Virus record (IMG/VR): IMGVR_UViG_3300026097_000876
Location: 124,001 to 188,000 of that record
Direction: 5' to 3' (one strand)
DNA: 64,000 nucleotides
Shown here: positions 1 through 10,242 of the stretch, one piece after another
Position numbering within the stretch: position 1 is the first letter of the stretch
Layout of the letters: each line of letters starts with the position of its first letter
The notes under the pieces: model-generated
What the model was told of the DNA's origin: nothing
The model's database searches: none
The model's input: only the letters and a program-made list of their open reading frames with translations
Translations under genes and position numbers: made by a program

Positions 1-1284
1 GATTTTATCAAAGAGTGTGATGCTACAATCAAATTAGGAATTAAACATATAGGTTGGAATAAAGATCCTAAAAAATATTACATCGGTCCAATTGACGGAA
101 CACCGACTTCTAACGACAGAGCCGATATTATTTTTCAACATGCCTTAGGTTACAGAGACGAAAATTTATTACATATTTCAACAGAGCTTGGTTATAAAAT
201 TCATCATAATAAAAATAGTTTCGTTGAGACTGCTGGTAATCACGCATATCATTTTGATGCTCATAAAGTAGGAAAATACTTTAAAAAAGTTAGTAATACT
301 GTAAAACATATTGACAGCGAAGTAGAACATGTTATACTAGACAGTGAATCAGGTAGAGTAAAAGAATTAAAATTGTCAAATGATGAAATAGTCCAAGGCG
401 ATATGTTTATTGATGCAAGTGGCTTTCATCAAGTTTTAATGAAAGCTGTTGGAGGTAAATGGAAAAGTTATAAAGAAAATTTACCAGTTAATAGTGCATT
501 ACCGTTTTTACTTCCATATGAAGAAGATGAAGTTATTGAACCTGTTACAAATGCATGGGCACAAAAAAACGGTTGGTGTTGGCAAATTCCAACAAAAGAA
601 CGTCGAGGATGTGGATATGTATTTTGCGATGATTTTGTAACTCCTGATCAAGCACATGCTGAACTTGAGCAAACAATTGGTCGTAAAGTTGACCCAATTA
701 GATTATTAAAATTTGATAGCGGAAGACAGGAAAAATTGTGGGTTAAAAATGTATTGTCTATCGGATTGTGTGCTGCGTTTGCAGAGCCGTTAGAAGCAAC
801 AAGTATTCACACAACAATTATTCAGTTAAAACATTTTGTATTTGGTTGTTTAGGAGTTGATGTAGACGATACTTGTAATCCTGCACAAGTTGATAATTAC
901 AATCAACAAAATGGTCATTTATACGACAATATGAAAGACTTTCTTGTTGCGCACTATACGTGTGGCAGAAATGATTCTGAATTTTGGAAACATATCGACA
1001 GCGGTGCAACAATTACTCCGTTTGTACAATCAATACACGAGATCTGCAAGCACAGGATGCCTAACTCAACTTTATTCCCACGCCAAGAGGGAAGTGCCGG
1101 ATGGCCTTTATGGAGTTTTGTTCTTGCAGGTACAGGAAAACTAACAGATACAATTGCTAGACAAGAACTTAAATTTAATCATGATGAAATGTTAAGCGAT
1201 AGTGCATATCAATATCACACAAAAGAACATCACTCAATGAGTGAATCATTACCGGATAATACCAACTACATAAAAGGCATTTAA
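1..1284 (+). CDS. Flavin-dependent (tryptophan halogenase, PrnA-like) family protein, 5'-truncated by window edge
   Basis: Frame is open from base 1 (DFIKECDATIKLGIKHIGW..., with the ATxKxGI Lys motif), so the true start is upstream of the ORF-track start at 373. Also has WCWQIP (WxWxIP) and GLCAAFAEPLEATSI motifs. Confidence 0.85.
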   Translation, partial: DFIKECDATIKLGIKHIGWNKDPKKYYIGPIDGTPTSNDRADIIFQHALGYRDENLLHISTELGYKIHHNKNSFVETAGNHAYHFDAHKVGKYFKKVSNTVKHIDSEVEHVILDSESGRVKELKLSNDEIVQGDMFIDASGFHQVLMKAVGGKWKSYKENLPVNSALPFLLPYEEDEVIEPVTNAWAQKNGWCWQIPTKERRGCGYVFCDDFVTPDQAHAELEQTIGRKVDPIRLLKFDSGRQEKLWVKNVLSIGLCAAFAEPLEATSIHTTIIQLKHFVFGCLGVDVDDTCNPAQVDNYNQQNGHLYDNMKDFLVAHYTCGRNDSEFWKHIDSGATITPFVQSIHEICKHRMPNSTLFPRQEGSAGWPLWSFVLAGTGKLTDTIARQELKFNHDEMLSDSAYQYHTKEHHSMSESLPDNTNYIKGI

Positions 1285-2534
1285 TGATTAGAGTATATGG
1301 CGATATTATGCTGGACAAATGGATCATTGGCAATGCCAATCGAATTAGTCCAGAAGCACCTGTTCCTGTCTTGCACGAAACAGAGCAAAAACATTGTCCT
1401 GGTGGTGCTGGTAATATTGCAATTAATATTGCAAGCCTTAACGAAAATGTAGGAGTATACGGAACTATTGCTCCTGATTATGAAGGCAACTTACTTGCTG
1501 AATGTTTTAGAAATTATGAAAAAATTGCATTCAATGTTACTACAGACTCTAAAATTACTACTACTAAAAATAGACTTGTTGGTCAAGGTGGACAGCATAT
1601 TTTGCGCTGGGACAGAGAAGAAAAATATCAAAATTCAAATGCATTCAAAAAATTATTAGCAGATGTGCAATCACAAGATGTTGTTTGTGTAAGTGATTAT
1701 AATAAAGGAACAATTCAAAAAAATACAATTAGTGATTTGTTAGATAAAGGTTGCACTGTGTTAGTTGATCCTAAACAAGATGCTGAAACATATAGAGGTG
1801 CATTTTTAGTTAAGCCAAATATGAAGGAATATAATTCATGGTTTGGAGAGTTTAAAAAAGAAAACGCAATACTAAAACTTAAAGAGTATAATTGGACATA
1901 TCTTGTAGTTACAGACGGTGCTAATGGAATTCATGTACTAAAAGATGATTTAACTTATCGTCACTATCAAGAACCTGCACAAGAAGTAGCTGATGTTGTA
2001 GGAGCAGGTGACACCGTATTAGCAGTACTTGCATATTATATTGGTCAAGGTATTGACGTTTTCAAAGCATGCGAAATTGCTTGCTATGCTTCGGCAAGAT
2101 CAGTTGAACATCGAGGAATACACGTTATAACACACGACGATTTAAAACGTAAAGTTGTTTTTACAAACGGATGTTTTGATATATTGCATACTGGACATTT
2201 TCGACTTTTAGAGTTTGCTAAATCTAAAGGCATAAAATTAGTTGTTGGTATTAACAGTGATGCAAGTGTAAAAAGACTTAAAGGAAATAATCGTCCTGTT
2301 AATAATCAAGAAGTACGTAAAGAACAATTAGAAGCACTTCCGTGGGTAGACAATGTAGTAATTTTTGAAGAAGATACTCCAGAAAACATACTTAAAATTG
2401 TAAATCCAGACTTGATTATTAAGGGCGGAGACTATATAATAGAACAAGTTGTAGGTCATAAAAATTATCCTGTAGAAATATTTCCTACAATACAAGGAAG
2501 ATCAACAAGCAACATAATTGAGAATATAAAATGA
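1284..2534 (+). CDS. hldE: Bifunctional heptose-7-phosphate kinase / heptose-1-phosphate adenylyltransferase (HldE/RfaE)
   Basis: N-terminal PfkB-type kinase (GDIMLD..RISPEAPVPV, PGGAGN, DVVGAGDT) fused to a C-terminal nucleotidyltransferase (VFTNGCFDILHTGH, GINSDASVKRLKG, KGGDY). Confidence 0.92.
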   Translation: MIRVYGDIMLDKWIIGNANRISPEAPVPVLHETEQKHCPGGAGNIAINIASLNENVGVYGTIAPDYEGNLLAECFRNYEKIAFNVTTDSKITTTKNRLVGQGGQHILRWDREEKYQNSNAFKKLLADVQSQDVVCVSDYNKGTIQKNTISDLLDKGCTVLVDPKQDAETYRGAFLVKPNMKEYNSWFGEFKKENAILKLKEYNWTYLVVTDGANGIHVLKDDLTYRHYQEPAQEVADVVGAGDTVLAVLAYYIGQGIDVFKACEIACYASARSVEHRGIHVITHDDLKRKVVFTNGCFDILHTGHFRLLEFAKSKGIKLVVGINSDASVKRLKGNNRPVNNQEVRKEQLEALPWVDNVVIFEEDTPENILKIVNPDLIIKGGDYIIEQVVGHKNYPVEIFPTIQGRSTSNIIENIK

Positions 2535-3358
2535 AAATATTAGTAACTGGACACAACGGATTTATTGGAAGTCATATTTCTAATTATCTATTACACAATA
2601 ATCACGAAGTAGACGGATTTGATTACGTAGAAAACGTTATTCCTAATGTTGAACCATATGACTGGGTAATACATTGTGGAGCAATTTCTGATACTACAGA
2701 AAGAGATGTTGATAAAGTTTGGAAACACAATTACGAATTTACTATGCGACTATTACAAGTATGCGATCATCTCGGTACTAATATTCAATTAGCAAGTACG
2801 AGTGCTGTATACGGGTCAAACAAAAGTTTTAATGAAAATGATCCTGTATACCCACAAACTCCATATGCTTGGAGTAAATATCTTACTGATAAATTTTTAA
2901 AAGACAGTGGCATAAATGATTTTAATATGTTAGTGCAAAGTTTTAGATATTTTAACGTATACGGTCCAGGTGAAGGACATAAAAATGATCAAATGAGTTT
3001 GGTCAGTAAGTTTCAAAAACAAGCAATAGAAAATGGTGTAATTGAACTATTTGAAAATAGTGATCAATACGAAAGAGACTGTGTATGTGTGTACGATGTT
3101 GTTAGAATTCACGAGCAAATGATGAATCAAGATGTAAGTGGCATTTTTAACTTAGGAACCGGAAAAGCTCGTAATCTAGAATCTGTTGCACAAGTAATTG
3201 CTGATAAGTATGATGCTAAAATTAAATATATTGATATGCCAGAAAAATTAAAAGGTCAATATCAAGAATACACATGTGCAGATAACGCACTACTACATAA
3301 TACAATACCAATTAGACATTGGTTAACAATTGAGGAATATTTAAATGAATCCAACTAG
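2531..3358 (+). CDS. hldD: ADP-L-glycero-D-manno-heptose 6-epimerase-like extended SDR (HldD/RfaD)
   Basis: TGHNGFIGS Rossmann motif, HCGAISDTTE, ASTSAVYG, YAWSK (YxxxK), FRYFNVYGPGE. Start overlaps the hldE stop. Confidence 0.85.
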   Translation: MKILVTGHNGFIGSHISNYLLHNNHEVDGFDYVENVIPNVEPYDWVIHCGAISDTTERDVDKVWKHNYEFTMRLLQVCDHLGTNIQLASTSAVYGSNKSFNENDPVYPQTPYAWSKYLTDKFLKDSGINDFNMLVQSFRYFNVYGPGEGHKNDQMSLVSKFQKQAIENGVIELFENSDQYERDCVCVYDVVRIHEQMMNQDVSGIFNLGTGKARNLESVAQVIADKYDAKIKYIDMPEKLKGQYQEYTCADNALLHNTIPIRHWLTIEEYLNESN

Positions 3359-3740
3359 ATTAGAAGGCAAAGTTGAAAAAGGTTGGGGGTATGAACTTAT
3401 TTGGGCAACCAATGAAAAATACTGTGGTAAAATTATGGTATTTGAAAAACTTGGTTCTAAGTTTAGCATGCATTTTCATCAAGAAAAAGACGAAACATGG
3501 TTTGTTAACAATGGTAGATTTTTGTTAAAATGGATTGATACTAACACAGCCGAGTTGCATCAGCAAGAACTAACACAAGGAATGGTTTGGCGCAATCCTC
3601 CTTTACAGCCACATCAATTAATTTGCATGGAGGCAGGGAGTAGCATTACCGAAGTCAGTACACCGGATAGTGTAGAAGATAATTACCGTATCGGTAGAGG
3701 CGACAGCCAACTCTCTACAGAGGATAACGCACAGGCTTAG
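3345..3740 (+). CDS. Cupin-fold protein (sugar-phosphate isomerase-like)
   Basis: VEKGWGYELIW..N..YCGKI, SMHFHQEKDETW, PLQPHQL, EVSTPDSVEDNYR motifs; adjacent to heptose genes. Confidence 0.75.
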   Translation: MNPTRLEGKVEKGWGYELIWATNEKYCGKIMVFEKLGSKFSMHFHQEKDETWFVNNGRFLLKWIDTNTAELHQQELTQGMVWRNPPLQPHQLICMEAGSSITEVSTPDSVEDNYRIGRGDSQLSTEDNAQA

Positions 3741-6700
3741 GCCTGTGCTTCACCCCATTTAATAATAATATTAGCGTTTACCGGCTCACCTGACGTTTTA
3801 TAAACGTTTAGTGCTAGCACATCTGGGCCATTCGGGAAAGTACCTCTACCACCTAGTGTAGTGTTTGTAAGTTCTTTCAAGTTCTGTAGATCCAACGTAG
3901 ATCTTTCGCCGGGTTGTGCAATAAACGAGAATACCGTTTCTCCTGGCTGTGCATAAGGTGGTTGACTAAACTCGAAGTTAAATTCATCACCTGGCGAAAC
4001 TGTTCCGTTGAAAGAGTTATTAAAGTTAACTTTGTAATACTCGATGCCCCCTGAACTTTGATTACCGAATAGTAAAGGTCCTTCAATAACCGATACAGCC
4101 GAACCTGCTGGGAAACTAACATCGCCCTGATTGGTTGGATCACCATTTTCATCTCCGAGCTCAGTACCTGACCTTGCACCTGAGCTGTCCCATTCTGATT
4201 TTAAGAAAAATGCAAAGTTAGCATTGTTCAAATCTCCACCTTTTTGGAATGATTGAGTAGCTCCGTTGCCAGAATTACGATTAGATCTTTGTGAGAAATA
4301 AACCAAATATCTGCCATAGATTGTTTGGTCAACTACCTGCTGGATAGTAGTACCTGCGGGGAAAAATTCATTCCCGCCACCACTTGAAGATACTTCATCA
4401 CCAACTTTCAAATTAGCTGTTTCCCAACTGTTTTGGTCAAAGTATCCGTAGTTTCTGTTTGTTCTAAAGTTCCACCATGGCATTAACTGTGCTGATGTTG
4501 TAGCCTGAGACATAACTGCCGCTGTAGAATATGTTGCTGTATCACCACTGTTCCAATTAGTAGAACCGCCCGATGCTACCTGTGCAAAACTTGGCTGTCC
4601 ACCTTGTGCTAGTCCTGATAATCCTGTCCAACCAATATCACTTGGGTTGAGTGGATAGTTTTGCGGATTAAGAATGCCTTCAATAACGATACCGCCGTAA
4701 ATATTTGAATCATCTGTTGGATCCTGTCCATCTGATGTAATCTCTAGGCCCTGCATAAGTAACTGAGCTCTGTTTAACAGTTCTCTATCTCCTAGGTCTC
4801 CTACAATTGCATTGGATACACTAGGTGCTAGACGTAGCAAGAATGCTGTTTGTCTAGTTGTACTGATGTTCAAACCAGTTTCTGTGTATGAGAAAATGTA
4901 ACCGCGGTCATCATCAAATCCACCATCTGTAATAAACGCAGAACCCCAGTGACTAATTAACGGAGTAATTGTATTACTAATTAAAATAACACCTGTTCGT
5001 TGCTCATGTTGTACAGGATCGCCTGCACTATATTGTCTAGTTGATCCAGCTTGGAAGTTAGTTAGTGTAGTCCCTCTAGTACAACCGGTTAGTGTATTTG
5101 TTGTCTTATTATTTCCAGTAAACGAAATAATTTCATTATCAATATAAACTGTTCCAGAATCAGGGAAGAATTTAGATTCTACAAGAGGAATGGTTGTTTG
5201 AGTCGAATCCATTACAGATCTTAGTTTATCAACAGCTCCTTCGTTAGTAACTTCGTAACGTACTGGCAAGTTACCTGAACGCATAAACGCTTCTGTGTTT
5301 ACGTTTGAGTTACGCATTCTGTGTGCAAATACAAAGTTACCATCTGCACCACGTAGCATCCAATCAATGAAACCAGCACCGTACCATGAATATTGAATAC
5401 CAATCATTTGCATGTATCTAACGTCCATGTTGTATCCACTTGGACCAGTGCCATCGCATTTATCAAGATTCCATTCTTCTTGAAGGACTTTTTTATCAGA
5501 AACTAAATTAACTTTGGCGGATGCAATACTTGTTACACCCCTATAATCAGGAGTAACAGTTATTTGTGTTTGCGAATCTACATTAGATACTACGTGTGTC
5601 ATACCTTTGATAACAATTCTATCACCAGCAATTAGCTGGTCTCTAAATCTAGTGTTATTACCTATTACTAAGTTTGAATCTCGATCTACAGACACTGTGC
5701 CTGCAATTTGTTTTGTACTTGTACGTTGTGCTACTTGTACGTTAGTTCCGTCAAACTCCCAGTAAATTCCGTTTTGATCATCAAAAATACCTGAACGTAC
5801 AGTTGCTCCGTGCCATCCAACTACAGTCAGCTGAGCTGCAAATCCAAGCACAGCATTAGTAGATCCTAAGCGTCTTGTGCTTGAACATTTTAAAGTTCTT
5901 TCATCAACAATCTGTGTAACAGTGTATTCGCCGTTATAACCTTCTGTTTCTGCTCCAATTATTCGAATCAGTCCGCCAACTTGAGCACCGTGATCGTTAT
6001 CATCAGTAACAATAGTTATTACCGAACCAATTTCAGTTCCTGTAGATGTAATAGTTCTAACATCATAACTTGGAGCAAACAATGCACCAGTTGTATACAT
6101 AATACCTTTACCTGACTGGTAACGAATATACTTTTTACTTTGACGAATTGCTTGTGCACCGTGTTGCGGACCGCCTGTACCTAATTGTACACCGCCGTCG
6201 TATGGCCTGTGTATAAAGAAACTATCAGGTCGCATATAGACATTACCTTGAATTTTATCTTCTGTTGAATCTGATGGTAAAAATTCTACAATTGTGCCCG
6301 GTGCTCTTGCTTGATATCTAATACTTTTAGTAGTAGGTACTTGCGTTGCAATAAATGATCCAGAAGCTAACGCATGATTATTTGTTTCGGTTGATGAGTT
6401 AATATCAACAATAAACGTATCACCTGGTACAATTCCGTGCGCATACGGCCAAATTATTTCGATAGTTGCTAGTGCTTCAAAGTCGACACTAGATCCTGAA
6501 GTAATATCTGTAGTTGCAAAATCAGACAATGTAACAGCATTAACTAAATTTAATGTCCCACCACTAACTGCTGTTCCTGCAATAGTTATCGAATTTAATC
6601 CGCCGCTACCGTCAATATTAGATACAGTAATTGTTGCGTCATTTTCAGGAGATGTACCTCCCAAATCTGTTCCAGCAATTACAATTTCATTACCTGCTTG

Positions 6701-9676
6701 ATAGTCTTCGCCTGAACTGTTGATAACTACAGTATATGTACCTCGGGTTCTAGTAATATCAAATGTACCATTTGTTCCTGCATGTGCCTGATTTGTTCCT
6801 GCAACATCAGTAAAGCTAGTCGGAAGTGCAGGAGCTGAACCTGCAACGGTTACTGTACTAACATCACCGTTTACGGAACCAACAGCCGTAATAGTTACTG
6901 TAGCATCATTAGTTGGTGAAGAACCTCCTAGCTCTGTTCCAGCAATAGTAAATGTTTGCGAATTATGATAATCAGATCCAGCTGTGTCGATCGAAACACT
7001 GTAGCTCGAACCGTCGTTTGTTATATCAAATATAGCACCCGAACCATCAAACAAAGACAATGTTTTAGAAGTAAAAATACCACCATTAAATGCAACAGGT
7101 ACTGAAGAAATATCAGCACCTTCTAGTCTTACATCTGTAATTCCGCCAGTGGCATCTACAGATACCACTCTTAAATATAAGTCATTTGCAGGACTCGCCC
7201 CGCCCATGTCAGATCCGCTACAAACTAGTGTATCTGCTGTATTATATCCTGTTCCATTTTGACTAATCTGGTAACTATATTCTGTTCCAGATACATTAAT
7301 AGTAAACTCGTGTCCAGTACCAGATCCGCCAGTAAAGCTAAGTCCGGCACCGCCAAACTGATAACTGCTAGTTGCACTTGGTGGGGTACCTGCACTCCAG
7401 TCAGTGGCATCAAACGTTAGTGTGGTGATTGATCCGCCGGCTCCTATTGCTGTTACTTTTCCTACAAAGTCGTTACCACCAGATGCTTGATTACCGTCTT
7501 GTCCTGTACCGCCAAGGATTTGGCTGCCAGTAATTCTTAGTCTATCATTTACAGCAAACCCAGTTGTATCGTTAGGAGAGTTAATGTCGACAGTTGTATA
7601 ACTACCGCTTTCATATGAAATATCAAAATTAGTTGTTCCTAGGTCACCGCCTCCGTGATTATATGTAGAAGAAACGTTTTCGTAACTAACACTTCCACTT
7701 AATGCTGTTCCGCTGATTGTAGCACCTGTTACACCGCCTGTACCATTAATACTTGATACAATAATAGTAGCATCATTTGCAGAGGTTGTTCCACCTAAAT
7801 TATCACCTGTAACTAATATTACATCGCCAACTTTATATCCGGAACCTGCCTGAGAAACGCTTTCGATGGTATAATCTGATCCGCTTCTGTCAATATTAAA
7901 CTCAGCATTAATACCGGCTACTGGTGTGATAGAGCCAGATACTGCTGTGTAAGATTGTGTATTTCTTACAATGCTTGTAGTAAAACTTCCACTTAGTGAT
8001 ACAGTATTTCCTACAATAGTGTTAACAAATATTGCGTCGCCATCGCCGTTATCAGCTGCTAGTCCTGGAATAATGCCACTAGTTGAACCTACAGTAATAC
8101 TTGTATTACCCGGACTAACATCTTCTGTTAGTTCTATCGATAACGCATTACCGTCTGAAGTGCCTGATATAGCAGTAACCTGCGTACCTACTGGAAATGC
8201 AGGATCGTCAATAGGAGCACCAATTTCTGGAACATCACCAGTAAATGCTAATCTATTCTCTCCAGTTTGTGCTGACAGGCTTAATGTCATAGTACCTGCC
8301 GTACCATTACTGAATACTTCGTATCTTGGCTGGCCAACTGATGCTCCTGTATAAAATGCACCTTGTCTTAACTGTGTATATGTTGTCGAAAGAACTTGGC
8401 CATCTGTTGTTCCAACTTTTGCTTTTGCAAAAAATGTAAATGTTGTTGTTGTAGGAACCTCAACAATTACAAAAGAACCTTCTGCTCTTGCAGCGCCTAC
8501 TACAGCGTCTTCTAATGCTTTAATTGTAACCGGAGTACCTGGTTCGAAGCCGTGAGCACCTAGTGTAGTAACTGTAATCTTAGAAGCACCAATGCCGTCA
8601 GTTCCTGCCGAAGCATCAGTTACAACACTCAGTACCTGTGTATCTGTACCCGGAAGCTCGTAAATACTTGGATATCCGCGTAACATACCAATAGCCGACC
8701 ACTTAGTAGGCTGTAGACCATATTCAAAGTCAGCGTCGAGCATCGACAGTGGCGGAGCAATACGCATACGCTCAATAGCATCAGTACCAAAATCGTATGG
8801 ACGAATTGTTTGTTCAGGCGAATCAATAAAAATTTGTAACTCGTCTTCTTCAGACATAGATTCAGTATTAAAGTTTAAATCAAGAATTGTTACAGCATCT
8901 GTGTATTGCAAATATTTCGGAAAGTCTTCATCTGCATTAGTATTAGCATTTGTAGAATCGTATTTTGGAACATAACCACTTGAATCTCGAGGCGTAACAT
9001 CATTTTTTCTTCTTACAATTCCGCCTTTTTGTTCATCAGTAAAGTTAAAAATTACTGTAGAATCAGTGGTGTTTGTAATAATTAATAAGTCACTACTGTC
9101 AAAGTTTCCTGGAAATCTAACATGTCCGAGTCCCTTGCGTTGGAATGTCGGCAATGCCGATGTTCCTGTTGTCAATACGTCAACGACTATTCCTACAAGT
9201 GTTTGAATTTCAGTTCCAGCGGCTGGTTCGGCTGTTTTTGTAAGATCAACTACTTGTGCAACATTTCCTTGATAAGGAGAAGACTGAGGCGAGTTTGTAA
9301 AAATATGATTAATAATTAAATCGCGAGTAAATTCTTTTGCTTTAATTTCTGCTTGTCTATCACCATCAACCTGAGCAACTGATCCTTCCCAATAAGTATT
9401 AGCAATTCTATATGTTTCTTCGTTACCTGTGTATCTTAAATCGTGTGCATACGCATCGATATTAAATCCAGTGTCTCTTTCACATTTTTCATCGTTATAT
9501 GTATAACCTACAAATCCTGTTGCTCCAGCGTTAACTTGCGCTTGAATCCATGCAGCTACTTCTTTACTAATAAAATCTTTGTTAAGTGTTAGTAGTGCGT
9601 ATGCATTCGGGTACGTATTGTCATTAATGCCTAATCCTGGATAAAACTTGTAATTATAAATCTTTTTCTTTGCCAT
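3737..9676 (-). CDS. Giant virion structural protein (1979 aa; fibre/baseplate-associated) with five Gly/Thr-rich beta repeats
   Basis: G/T/S/D-rich composition; repeated G..F.I...G..Y...I...G..Y..G....I.G..LGG.SP.NDA.I.V module; KCERD.G..IDA...DL helical module shared with the 25636-30486 product; lies in the structural cluster. Confidence 0.75.
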   Translation of the reverse strand: MAKKKIYNYKFYPGLGINDNTYPNAYALLTLNKDFISKEVAAWIQAQVNAGATGFVGYTYNDEKCERDTGFNIDAYAHDLRYTGNEETYRIANTYWEGSVAQVDGDRQAEIKAKEFTRDLIINHIFTNSPQSSPYQGNVAQVVDLTKTAEPAAGTEIQTLVGIVVDVLTTGTSALPTFQRKGLGHVRFPGNFDSSDLLIITNTTDSTVIFNFTDEQKGGIVRRKNDVTPRDSSGYVPKYDSTNANTNADEDFPKYLQYTDAVTILDLNFNTESMSEEDELQIFIDSPEQTIRPYDFGTDAIERMRIAPPLSMLDADFEYGLQPTKWSAIGMLRGYPSIYELPGTDTQVLSVVTDASAGTDGIGASKITVTTLGAHGFEPGTPVTIKALEDAVVGAARAEGSFVIVEVPTTTTFTFFAKAKVGTTDGQVLSTTYTQLRQGAFYTGASVGQPRYEVFSNGTAGTMTLSLSAQTGENRLAFTGDVPEIGAPIDDPAFPVGTQVTAISGTSDGNALSIELTEDVSPGNTSITVGSTSGIIPGLAADNGDGDAIFVNTIVGNTVSLSGSFTTSIVRNTQSYTAVSGSITPVAGINAEFNIDRSGSDYTIESVSQAGSGYKVGDVILVTGDNLGGTTSANDATIIVSSINGTGGVTGATISGTALSGSVSYENVSSTYNHGGGDLGTTNFDISYESGSYTTVDINSPNDTTGFAVNDRLRITGSQILGGTGQDGNQASGGNDFVGKVTAIGAGGSITTLTFDATDWSAGTPPSATSSYQFGGAGLSFTGGSGTGHEFTINVSGTEYSYQISQNGTGYNTADTLVCSGSDMGGASPANDLYLRVVSVDATGGITDVRLEGADISSVPVAFNGGIFTSKTLSLFDGSGAIFDITNDGSSYSVSIDTAGSDYHNSQTFTIAGTELGGSSPTNDATVTITAVGSVNGDVSTVTVAGSAPALPTSFTDVAGTNQAHAGTNGTFDITRTRGTYTVVINSSGEDYQAGNEIVIAGTDLGGTSPENDATITVSNIDGSGGLNSITIAGTAVSGGTLNLVNAVTLSDFATTDITSGSSVDFEALATIEIIWPYAHGIVPGDTFIVDINSSTETNNHALASGSFIATQVPTTKSIRYQARAPGTIVEFLPSDSTEDKIQGNVYMRPDSFFIHRPYDGGVQLGTGGPQHGAQAIRQSKKYIRYQSGKGIMYTTGALFAPSYDVRTITSTGTEIGSVITIVTDDNDHGAQVGGLIRIIGAETEGYNGEYTVTQIVDERTLKCSSTRRLGSTNAVLGFAAQLTVVGWHGATVRSGIFDDQNGIYWEFDGTNVQVAQRTSTKQIAGTVSVDRDSNLVIGNNTRFRDQLIAGDRIVIKGMTHVVSNVDSQTQITVTPDYRGVTSIASAKVNLVSDKKVLQEEWNLDKCDGTGPSGYNMDVRYMQMIGIQYSWYGAGFIDWMLRGADGNFVFAHRMRNSNVNTEAFMRSGNLPVRYEVTNEGAVDKLRSVMDSTQTTIPLVESKFFPDSGTVYIDNEIISFTGNNKTTNTLTGCTRGTTLTNFQAGSTRQYSAGDPVQHEQRTGVILISNTITPLISHWGSAFITDGGFDDDRGYIFSYTETGLNISTTRQTAFLLRLAPSVSNAIVGDLGDRELLNRAQLLMQGLEITSDGQDPTDDSNIYGGIVIEGILNPQNYPLNPSDIGWTGLSGLAQGGQPSFAQVASGGSTNWNSGDTATYSTAAVMSQATTSAQLMPWWNFRTNRNYGYFDQNSWETANLKVGDEVSSSGGGNEFFPAGTTIQQVVDQTIYGRYLVYFSQRSNRNSGNGATQSFQKGGDLNNANFAFFLKSEWDSSGARSGTELGDENGDPTNQGDVSFPAGSAVSVIEGPLLFGNQSSGGIEYYKVNFNNSFNGTVSPGDEFNFEFSQPPYAQPGETVFSFIAQPGERSTLDLQNLKELTNTTLGGRGTFPNGPDVLALNVYKTSGEPVNANIIIKWGEAQA

Positions 9677-9682
9677 TTTTCT

Positions 9683-10234
9683 TTATGCTCCAAATGCTAC
9701 TGCAAGGGCTGTAGCCGTTGCGTCTACATAACTTTTTCGTGTTGCGTGTTCTGATCTTGTAGGCTCATTAGTTAAATTAATATTATCAATTATTTGTAAA
9801 TCGCCATTAAAATTTGCGTCATTAACATTAATATTACTTGCTGTGCTGTCTGGTGCTGTAGTCATATCAATAGTATACACTTTAATCTGTCCAGGTGTAT
9901 TGTATCCAATATCTACATTATCAAACGCTCCTGGTATTGCTCCATAACTATTAACTACAACTCTGCCATTAATAACTGCTAGTGTTGAATTTCCTAAGTA
10001 ATTAACTTTAAATACACCGCCTGTGACCGCAAGACTTTCAAAGCTGTTTGAGACCTGAGTACCGGTATCGTCCGCATCATCTTCAGGCTCGACAAAAGCA
10101 ACAAATGGTTGTCCATTTAGCAAAATACTTTGTACGTCAAGTACAGGTGCTGTAATTTTACCCGATGTATCTACTGTAAAATTAGGACTTTCAAATCCGT
10201 TTTGTGCTTGAAATTTATCATTAATTACTGTCAT
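9683..10234 (-). CDS. Hypothetical virion protein (183 aa)
   Basis: Intact ORF tightly packed between structural genes; C-terminal ATRKSYVD resembles the AAxKxYVD motif of fibre proteins. Confidence 0.6.
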   Translation of the reverse strand: MTVINDKFQAQNGFESPNFTVDTSGKITAPVLDVQSILLNGQPFVAFVEPEDDADDTGTQVSNSFESLAVTGGVFKVNYLGNSTLAVINGRVVVNSYGAIPGAFDNVDIGYNTPGQIKVYTIDMTTAPDSTASNINVNDANFNGDLQIIDNINLTNEPTRSEHATRKSYVDATATALAVAFGA

Positions 10235-10242
10235 AGTTTACC

